This document shows, in pieces, positions 57,072 through 64,000 of a stretch of 64,000 nt of DNA. The stretch's first letter is position 1; each line of letters starts with the position of its first letter. Under the pieces are notes generated by a model. It was not told the origin of the DNA, made no database searches, and was given only the letters and a program-made list of their open reading frames with translations. This DNA comes from an uncultured Candidatus Saccharibacteria bacterium (GTDB taxonomy: Bacteria; Patescibacteriota; Minisyncoccia; Phycocordibacterales; JAKAEA01). Made by a program: the position numbers and the translations under genes. The stretch lies in the NCBI GenBank assembly GCA_964577595.1, contig CAZNZK010000002.1, positions 150,163-214,162 of the forward strand. Reading direction: 5' to 3'.

Positions 57072-58451
57072 TTGTCTCGGGCTCTTTTATGCTACAATTC
57101 TCCTATGGCTGAAACGAAGCCCGAAATGGCGGATGATCAGAAACTAGCGACCGAAGCGCTCTATAAGCAGAACGCGGAACTGGCGGTGCGCAATAAAACG
57201 CTCTCGCTTTTGCGAGCGCTCTATCAAATCAGTATTTTAGCGCTGGAGCCCGAGCCCTTGGCGGAAAAAATCGTGGCGGCGGTGCGCGGAGGGTTGGATT
57301 TGGAACTGGTGGGCATATTGCATTTTGACGGGGAAACGGATGCCCTTACGCCCGTGCGCTTCGCCCTTTCCGAGCGGCTGGTAAAAAGCGAGCAGGTGGC
57401 GGGCGTGCAATTGGAAACTATCTCCATTATGCCGCTTAAAAACAGGCCGTTACTTGCGGAGGTAGTGGCAAAAAGTGCCACGGCACCCACTCTGCAAATC
57501 CCCGAAGTGTGGGACGGGGCAGTGTCGCCGGCAGCCCTTGCCTCGCTCACTGAAAGTGGTCACATCAAAAACCTTTCCGCGTATCCTCTAGTCATCAATG
57601 CCCATACTGTGGGCATTTTGCTTATTGGTCTTAATCGCGCTTATGACACATTGAGTCAGTTTGAGCGCGATTCACTGGAGAATTTGGCAATTGTTACTGC
57701 TGTTGCTTTAGACCGCGCGCAATTGTATCAGGATTTAAAAACCGCCAACGCCGGTCAGGAAAATCTCTTGCATGTTATGAATCACCAAATCAAGGGCTAC
57801 TTGGGCAAGGACCGCGACATCTTCGCGGAGCTTTTGAACGGCGATTATGGCACAATGCCGGAAACGGCTAAGCCACTTCTCACTGAAGGCTTGGACTCAA
57901 CCACAAAGGGCGTGGGCTACGTCCAGGGCATTCTCCAGGGCGCGAGCGCGGCCAGTGGTGTTCTATCCTACGCTATGGGCGCAATGAATTTGAAAGAGGT
58001 GGTGGCCCGGCTTATCGCGGAGCAGGAGTCGGTGGCAAAAGGGAAGGGCTTGGTTTTTGAAAGTAAAATTGTCGACGGCGACTATTCCCTGACCGGCGAT
58101 GCCACCCAGCTCGGCGAGGCTCTACGCAACTTGGTTGAAAATGGTATCAAATATAATACGCCGGGCGGCAAGGTGATGGTGACGCTCGCACGCGAAGGCG
58201 GTCAAGCGGTGTTTTCCGTTAAGGATAACGGCGTTGGCGTGGCCGACGATGTAAAAGCGAAACTCTTTACCGCCGGCGGCCGCAGTAAAGATTCCACAAA
58301 ATATAACCCAGAAAGTTCCGGCTTCGGCTTGGCTTTTGTTAAAGGCGTGATTGATAAGCATGGTGGCACGGTTGGTTGGAAGGCGAATGTCGGTGAAGCA
58401 GGAACTACTTTTTTCGCGCGGGTGCCGATGGAAAAAAATACCAAAAATTGA
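57072..58451 (+). CDS. Cytoplasmic sensor histidine kinase (GAF-like domain, H-box dimerisation domain, HATPase_c)
   Basis: C-terminal N, G1 and G2 boxes (NLVENGIKYN, DNGVGV, GFGLAF), H-box HVMNHQIKG. No response regulator is adjacent. Confidence 0.7.
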   Translation: MSRALLCYNSPMAETKPEMADDQKLATEALYKQNAELAVRNKTLSLLRALYQISILALEPEPLAEKIVAAVRGGLDLELVGILHFDGETDALTPVRFALSERLVKSEQVAGVQLETISIMPLKNRPLLAEVVAKSATAPTLQIPEVWDGAVSPAALASLTESGHIKNLSAYPLVINAHTVGILLIGLNRAYDTLSQFERDSLENLAIVTAVALDRAQLYQDLKTANAGQENLLHVMNHQIKGYLGKDRDIFAELLNGDYGTMPETAKPLLTEGLDSTTKGVGYVQGILQGASAASGVLSYAMGAMNLKEVVARLIAEQESVAKGKGLVFESKIVDGDYSLTGDATQLGEALRNLVENGIKYNTPGGKVMVTLAREGGQAVFSVKDNGVGVADDVKAKLFTAGGRSKDSTKYNPESSGFGLAFVKGVIDKHGGTVGWKANVGEAGTTFFARVPMEKNTKN

Positions 58452-58523
58452 CAATATCATAAATTATTGTTATTATTCAAGCAGATCAGAAGTTAAACAA
58501 ATTTTTATTTTTGGAGGTGTTCC

Positions 58524-59153
58524 TTGAGCGCAACCACAAAATATGTGGAAGAAATCTTCGCAGATGTGAAAACCGAATATGGTCAGCCGATGGAAATCGT
58601 CCAGCGAGTCGCCGTTTTATTGCTTGCCGAGATGGGTGACTACATCCCGACGGCTTTGGATCTTGGGGCTGGCGCGGGCAGGCATGCCTTGCCACTAGCC
58701 AGGGCGGGATTTTCCGTAACAGCCATTGATTCTCGTGATTGCGACATTGATCCACTCAATGGTACTGCCAATAAGGAAGAGTTGGCTCTGCGAGGAATTG
58801 TGGCCGATATTCGAGCGTGGCGTATTCCCAAGGAATACGACCTAGTTGTTTCCACGTTTGCGCTGCATTATGTGAGTCGTGAGTGCGGGTTGCGCTTAGT
58901 GACCGACATTCAATCCAAAACGCTCTCTGGCGGCTACAATGTTATTGCTGGATTCGTGGGTGGTGGTGATTTGTTTGACCTTGACTCTGCTCGCGAGCGC
59001 CTCTGGTTTTCGCCCATGGAGCTGTTGAATTTCTACCAAGGCTGGGAAATTCTGGATTATTCCGAGCACCAAACGCGGTGCCGCAAATGCAAGCCCGACG
59101 CTTCGCCAATGTTCAATGCGGCCGTCCACATTCTCGCTCGGAAGCCGCGGTAA
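58524..59153 (+). CDS. SAM-dependent methyltransferase, TehB-like
   Basis: DLGAGAGRHALPLARAGFSVTAIDS motif I. TTG start, preceded by GGAGG. Confidence 0.65.
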   Translation: MSATTKYVEEIFADVKTEYGQPMEIVQRVAVLLLAEMGDYIPTALDLGAGAGRHALPLARAGFSVTAIDSRDCDIDPLNGTANKEELALRGIVADIRAWRIPKEYDLVVSTFALHYVSRECGLRLVTDIQSKTLSGGYNVIAGFVGGGDLFDLDSARERLWFSPMELLNFYQGWEILDYSEHQTRCRKCKPDASPMFNAAVHILARKPR

Positions 59154-59188
59154 AATTCTTCGATTTCCCGTGCTGTATCTTTTTTCAA

Positions 59189-59214
59189 GTCCCCGTTCCA
59201 GCGGGGGCTTTTTT
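59189..59214 (+). terminator. Rho-independent terminator
   Basis: gtccccgttccagcgggggc followed by tttttt. Confidence 0.65.
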
Positions 59215-59266
59215 CATACCAGAAACACTTTGATTTTTGTCTAAAAGTGTTGCATCATAGAGGTTA

Positions 59267-60610
59267 ATGTCTAACAAATACCACAACCCGAGCGGCTTTC
59301 CGGAAAATTTGCCGGCAGAGCAAATCGTTGAAGAGGGGATGAAAGCGAAAATGCGCGCTGCGGCGGAAAGCTACGGCTATGTGCCGTTGGAAACGTCGGC
59401 CGTGGAGTATATTGAAACGCTTTCTTCCAAGGGAGAGATTGACAAAGAAATGTACACTATCGGCCGGGCTCTGGGTGAAGATGGTGGCCGCCACGGCGAA
59501 GGTGAAGGCAAGGAAGCCGACCGCGCTTTGCGTTTTGATTTAACCGTACCGCTAGCTCGTTACGTGGCCCAGAATTATGGTGAATTAGTTTTTCCGTTTA
59601 AGCGTTATCAAATCCAGCGGGTGTGGCGCGGTGAGCGTCCGCAGAAGGGTCGCTTCCGCGAATTCTATCAAGCCGACATTGACGTTATCGCCAATGAAAG
59701 CCTACCGCTCTATTTTGATGGGGAAGTGGTGGCCGTGATTGCTCGTGTGTTGGATAGTTTTGCTATCGGCAATTTCACCATTCATATTAATAACCGAAAA
59801 TTCCTGCAGGGTATTTTAGAAGGCTTTGGCGTGAAGGATATTCCGACAGCTCTGCGTAGTATTGATAAGTTTGATAAAGTCGGCGCTGACGCTACGAAGG
59901 CATCGCTCCAGAAAGAGCTCGGCATGAGTGAGAATGATGCGGGCAACTTGCTGGCGGTACTTGATAGGCAATTGCCGATTGGACAGGTTGAGGAATATCT
60001 CAATGATGTTTCTACGCAGAATGCGCTCATAACTGAAGGCAAGGCCGAAATTTTAGAGGTGGCGAAGTATTTGAAAGATGTTTCTGTGGCGCATGGAAAA
60101 TTTGTGTTTAACCCGCGTATCGCTCGCGGTTTGGATTATTACACCGCATCCGTTTACGAAACCACGCTTGATGGCCTAGAGAAATATGGCAGTATCGCTT
60201 CTGGCGGCCGCTATGCTGATTTGGCGGGGAAATTTATCAATCGCAAGCTTCCGGGTGTGGGTATTTCTATCGGCCTCACGCGCTTGTTAGAAATTGTGAA
60301 GCAGGAAAAACTAGCGAGCTTTGAAAAAGCGGCGGTAACGCGTGTGGTTGTTGGTCTTTTGAATGAAGAACAGCGCGGCGAGGCGAACAAGCTTGCGAAT
60401 GAGTTGCGCGCGGCCGGCATCAATACGGAGGTCTTCCATAACGGTGTCGCCGAGCTTGCCAAGCAAATTCAATATAAAGAAAAGAAGGGAATTCCGCATT
60501 TTGTGGTCATCAATACTGACGGCACGCTCTCATTGAAAATTGCCGCCGGCAAAGAAGAAAAATTCGATGATGCTAAAAAGTTCATTACGTTTATTGACAA
60601 GCAAAACTAA
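59267..60610 (+). CDS. hisS: Histidyl-tRNA synthetase
   Basis: Class II motifs 1-3 and the HisRS-specific regions, plus a C-terminal anticodon-binding domain. Confidence 0.88.
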   Translation: MSNKYHNPSGFPENLPAEQIVEEGMKAKMRAAAESYGYVPLETSAVEYIETLSSKGEIDKEMYTIGRALGEDGGRHGEGEGKEADRALRFDLTVPLARYVAQNYGELVFPFKRYQIQRVWRGERPQKGRFREFYQADIDVIANESLPLYFDGEVVAVIARVLDSFAIGNFTIHINNRKFLQGILEGFGVKDIPTALRSIDKFDKVGADATKASLQKELGMSENDAGNLLAVLDRQLPIGQVEEYLNDVSTQNALITEGKAEILEVAKYLKDVSVAHGKFVFNPRIARGLDYYTASVYETTLDGLEKYGSIASGGRYADLAGKFINRKLPGVGISIGLTRLLEIVKQEKLASFEKAAVTRVVVGLLNEEQRGEANKLANELRAAGINTEVFHNGVAELAKQIQYKEKKGIPHFVVINTDGTLSLKIAAGKEEKFDDAKKFITFIDKQN

Positions 60611-60684
60611 AGGTGTAGAACGGTAGTAGAAACACAAGTTTCGGATGTTCCGGCTTGCGTCACGGGTTCTAGAGGGAGTTTGTT

Positions 60685-61008
60685 ATGAATCGCATTTTAT
60701 CGCGTGGAAGCGCCTGGCGACGGGTTATTCTGGTGTTCGCCGTGTCTCTCGTTATGAATGGTTGCGCGGATCTCCGGACGTGCAAGATCGAAAAGGACAA
60801 AACCACCAGGCAAGAACTCATTGATCGTTTTGGTCAACCAAATGATAGGGTCGGCTCCGATGGTGGCTTTGGTGGAGAAATGCTTCAATGGGAACGTTTT
60901 GACAATGGTTGGGGCACGGGCAACGTCAGGCTGACTGTGCTCGTTGAGAACGGCGTCGTTGTGGGCTACACCCACGTTCACGACGGCGTGAACGACACCG
61001 ACTACTAG
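60685..61008 (+). CDS. Small lipoprotein (lipobox LVMNGC)
   Basis: Signal peptide plus Cys lipobox. Gly/Asp-rich. Confidence 0.55.
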   Translation: MNRILSRGSAWRRVILVFAVSLVMNGCADLRTCKIEKDKTTRQELIDRFGQPNDRVGSDGGFGGEMLQWERFDNGWGTGNVRLTVLVENGVVVGYTHVHDGVNDTDY

Positions 61009-61071
61009 GATTTTTTATTGTCAGTTACCTCGGCCGCGTCTTCATGGCGCGGCTTTTGCTATAATACTTCT

Positions 61072-63987
61072 ATGGACGCGACTAAAAATAGCGAGGGTTT
61101 GCCGGCTAAAAATCCGCAGGAGGAATTGGCGAATTTGCGGGCCGAGGTGGCGCGGCGCGAACAGCAGTTAGCGCAGGAAACGGCGCGGCCTTTGACGGGC
61201 GCAGAACGCGAGCAGGTGGCGGCTGAACAAATCCAACAGCATCAAGCGGCGCCTGTTGATGCCGTATTGCACCCGCAAGCTCAAATGCCTGCCGGGGAAG
61301 TGCAGGGAATTGTCCTTAAGCTTTCGCCTGAGCCGCACGATTCCAGGATGACGGAGCTTCTCACGGTGCTTACCGACAAAGGCATTAAAAATGCGATGCG
61401 GGTGGTGGAGGGGCTCAATGACCCACATATTCAATCTGATTTTCACCGGTTTTTGGTGCAGTATGTAAAGGGTAATTATCCCGTGCCAGGCCTTGCGCCG
61501 CGCTCGGCTCTTTTTGATGCTCTGCATATGACGCTCTATGAAATTTCCTTGCCGGATTCTGGTGGCCCGGAAGGCTCTGGTCAGCGGCCGCTCAAAGAGC
61601 TTGTTTCCGCCATGGAACAGCTCTACGCGGGCATGTTTCCTACAACCAGCAGTAAGGGTAAAAGTATTTTGGAATCACTTTGGCAGAGCACAGAAAGCTT
61701 GCCGCCATTTACGTTAGAAATCGCTAATTCCAATCATAGCCAGGAGGCGGTTGTGTATGCTGGCATTCCCGACGCTCGCAAGGACCTTTTTGAAAAGCAG
61801 GTGGTGGCGCTTTTTCCGCGGGCGCGCTTGAAGGAGGTTCCCGACGATTACAACATTTTTGCCGAGCCAGGGGAAATGATGGGGGCGGTGGCTACTCTGG
61901 ACAAGTTTCCCATTTATCCGCTCAAGATGTATGACAAATTTGACCACGACCCGCTCAATGTCATTTTGAATACATTTTCCAAGATAGAAAAAGAGAATGA
62001 GGGCGCGGCGGTGCAACTGGTGTTTCGTCAGCCTCGCGAGTCATATCAAAAGCAGTATCAGAAAATTATTGAGGGTGTTGCCCAGGGTAAGCCTATCAAA
62101 GAGCTTTTGCCGAAAAGCTTGGGTGAAGAATTTTTGAGCGGTGTCAGTGATATGATTTTTAGCTCAGGCGCCGCCGAGCAGAAGAAAAAGGAGGAAGAAA
62201 AAAAGCGCCAGATGGCCACTGGCGAACTGCCCAAAGCGCCCATTGCCGACCAAAATCTTCTGGCTGTTTTGCAGGAAAAAATCGCCGCGCCTATATGCGA
62301 GGTCGCTATTCGTGTGCTCGTTTCAGCCAATACACCAATGGCCGCGGAAGCAATTTTGACCCAGTTGCAATCAGCTTTTAGTCAGTTTGAAAACACTCTC
62401 GGCAACAAGCTTGTATTTAAAAAACTCACCGGCAAGAAGTTGGCGACATTAGCCGAACAGTTTTCGTTCCGAGAATTTCCGGAGGCAGGTGAAAAGAAGC
62501 AGATTTTGCCGCTTAATTTCAAAGAAGCGGCCACGCTTTTTCACTTCCCAGAGCGCATCGGCGGCTCAGCGCCCCAGGTGCGTCAGGCAAAGTCGGCCGC
62601 AAGTGCCGCGCCGGTGGATTTGCCTCAGCAGGGGACGCTTTTGGGTATTAACCGTTTTCGCAATGGCGAAACCAAGGCGTTTATCACTAAAGAGGATCGT
62701 TTGCGCCATTTCTACGTTATCGGCCAAACCGGCACTGGTAAAACCACACTCCTGAAAAATATGATCGTTCAGGATATTCAGCAAGGTGAGGGCGTGTGCA
62801 TGATAGACCCGCATGGCATGGACATTTTAGACGTGCTCGCCAATGTGCCCAAGGAGCGTTATGAGGACGTGATTTATTTTGACCCGAGCTACACGGCTCG
62901 GCCGATGGGTTTAAACATGCTGGAATTTGACCCGAATTTTCCGGAGCAAAAGACATTTGTAGTCAATGAACTTCTGAGTATTTTCAAGAAGCTCTATGGC
63001 GCGGTGCCGGAGAGCATGGGCCCGGCTTTTGAGCAGTATTTCCGCAATTCGGCGCTTTTGGTGATGGAGCACCCGGAGTCGGGCAACACGTTGCTGGATA
63101 TTTCTCGCGTTCTTTCCGATAAAGAATACCGCAAGCTCAAGCTGGCGCACTGTAAAAATCCGCTTATTCTGCAATTTTGGACTAATGCCGAGAAAACGAC
63201 GGGGGAGCAGGGCTTGGCCAACTACGTGCAATACGTCACGAATAAATTTGACGTGTTTTTGAGTAACGACATCATGCGGCCGGTAGTTTCCCAGGAGCAT
63301 TCGTCGTTCAATTTTCGCGACGTCATGGATAATAAGAAAATCTTGCTGGTGAATTTAGCCAAGGGTAAACTCGGTGACATCAATGCCAACCTCATCGGCC
63401 TCATTTTGGTGGGCAAAATCCTCATGGCCGCGCTTTCGCGCACCGATTCGTCCAGCATTAGTTTGCCGCCTTTCTATCTCTATATAGACGAATTTCAGAA
63501 TGTCACCACTGATTCCATAGCCACCATTCTTTCCGAGGCTCGCAAGTATAAACTTTCGCTCACTATCGCACACCAGTTTATCGCCCAGCTCCAAGAAAAC
63601 ATTCGCGATGCGGTTTTTGGCAACGTTGGCTCACTCGGCGTGTTCCGGGTAGGCAGTGCCGACGCGGAAATTTTAGTGAAGCAGTTGGCACCGACGTTTA
63701 CAGCGCATGACATCGTCAATATTGATAACCGCAATGCGTATCTTAAAATACTTGTGAATGGCCGGCCCACTACTCCATTTAATATTGAAACTCTGCCCCC
63801 GCCACCTGGCGATCCAAGCAAGCTTGATGCTTTAAAACAACTTTCGTATCTCAAATATGGTCGCGAGAAAGCGTTGGTTGAACAGGAAATTCTCGTAAAA
63901 TATAGAAAAATAGAACCCGCAACGCCGCCACCAGCTCCTGCTCAGGTTTCGTCTAATCCTACTCCCAATACCGCCGCAAAAGTGTGA
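61072..63987 (+). CDS. TraD/VirD4-like (coupling-protein family, FtsK/HerA superfamily) P-loop ATPase with a long N-terminal domain of unknown function that includes a coiled coil
   Basis: Walker A VIGQTGTGKTT, Walker B region LYIDEFQNV, and the type-IV-coupling-protein-like C-terminal region. The TTG-initiated N-terminal extension from 61018 is dropped because a TGcTATAAT extended -10 box lies inside it at 61055-61063. Confidence 0.6.
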   Translation: MDATKNSEGLPAKNPQEELANLRAEVARREQQLAQETARPLTGAEREQVAAEQIQQHQAAPVDAVLHPQAQMPAGEVQGIVLKLSPEPHDSRMTELLTVLTDKGIKNAMRVVEGLNDPHIQSDFHRFLVQYVKGNYPVPGLAPRSALFDALHMTLYEISLPDSGGPEGSGQRPLKELVSAMEQLYAGMFPTTSSKGKSILESLWQSTESLPPFTLEIANSNHSQEAVVYAGIPDARKDLFEKQVVALFPRARLKEVPDDYNIFAEPGEMMGAVATLDKFPIYPLKMYDKFDHDPLNVILNTFSKIEKENEGAAVQLVFRQPRESYQKQYQKIIEGVAQGKPIKELLPKSLGEEFLSGVSDMIFSSGAAEQKKKEEEKKRQMATGELPKAPIADQNLLAVLQEKIAAPICEVAIRVLVSANTPMAAEAILTQLQSAFSQFENTLGNKLVFKKLTGKKLATLAEQFSFREFPEAGEKKQILPLNFKEAATLFHFPERIGGSAPQVRQAKSAASAAPVDLPQQGTLLGINRFRNGETKAFITKEDRLRHFYVIGQTGTGKTTLLKNMIVQDIQQGEGVCMIDPHGMDILDVLANVPKERYEDVIYFDPSYTARPMGLNMLEFDPNFPEQKTFVVNELLSIFKKLYGAVPESMGPAFEQYFRNSALLVMEHPESGNTLLDISRVLSDKEYRKLKLAHCKNPLILQFWTNAEKTTGEQGLANYVQYVTNKFDVFLSNDIMRPVVSQEHSSFNFRDVMDNKKILLVNLAKGKLGDINANLIGLILVGKILMAALSRTDSSSISLPPFYLYIDEFQNVTTDSIATILSEARKYKLSLTIAHQFIAQLQENIRDAVFGNVGSLGVFRVGSADAEILVKQLAPTFTAHDIVNIDNRNAYLKILVNGRPTTPFNIETLPPPPGDPSKLDALKQLSYLKYGREKALVEQEILVKYRKIEPATPPPAPAQVSSNPTPNTAAKV

Positions 63988-64000
63988 TATAGTGATTTTA

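Noticed and set aside
61018-61071. TTG-initiated 18-aa N-terminal extension of the TraD-like ORF given by the ORF track
   Set aside because: A TGcTATAAT extended -10 box lies inside this stretch, so the ATG at 61072 is the more plausible start.

Overview
The window is a gene-dense, roughly 50% GC bacterial chromosomal segment with almost no non-coding DNA. Its gene content resembles a small-genome, Patescibacteria/CPR-like organism, but this is an inference from gene content, not a database result. It starts with a diversity-generating-retroelement (DGR) reverse transcriptase; its variable-repeat target and template repeat are not recognisable inside the window. Next come trigger factor, a membrane H+-pyrophosphatase and NusA on the minus strand. 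A compact type IV pilus locus follows (PilB, PilC, three pseudopilins and a 666-aa pilus-associated protein), then tpiA-pgk, RecJ, RNase HI, a truncated PurC fused to PurE, and ComEC encoded in two pieces with a superoxide dismutase gene between them. The central part of the window is the str/S10/spc/alpha ribosomal super-operon, running from rpsL to methionine aminopeptidase. It lacks L30, several ribosomal proteins carry terminal extensions, and it is interrupted twice: an antisense lgt-plus-membrane-protein pair sits between rplB and rpsS, and a copper-resistance module (HMA membrane protein plus CopA P-type ATPase) sits between rplE and rpsZ, with a canonical sigma70 promoter re-starting the operon at rpsZ. 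The conserved cluster ends after map. After it come an SDR oxidoreductase, an orphan Cys-rich type IV pilin, a PEP-CTERM/GloVer-repeat surface protein, a pyruvoyl S-adenosylmethionine decarboxylase, and a large surface protein with a peptidoglycan-binding domain. A lower-GC island of about 5 kb (52.1-57.0 kb) carries a phosphorylase-family nucleosidase, a standalone DUF2156 (MprF C-terminal-like, tRNA-dependent transferase fold) gene next to a polytopic membrane protein, a clear eukaryote-type protein arginine methyltransferase homolog, and a minimal gluzincin peptidase. The window ends with an orphan GAF histidine kinase, a TehB-like methyltransferase, hisS, a small lipoprotein and a 972-aa TraD/VirD4-like P-loop ATPase. 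No tRNA, rRNA or CRISPR array was seen. About 390 nt of non-coding DNA between the HIT-family gene and a minus-strand terminator has the look of a structured RNA, but I could not assign it to a class.
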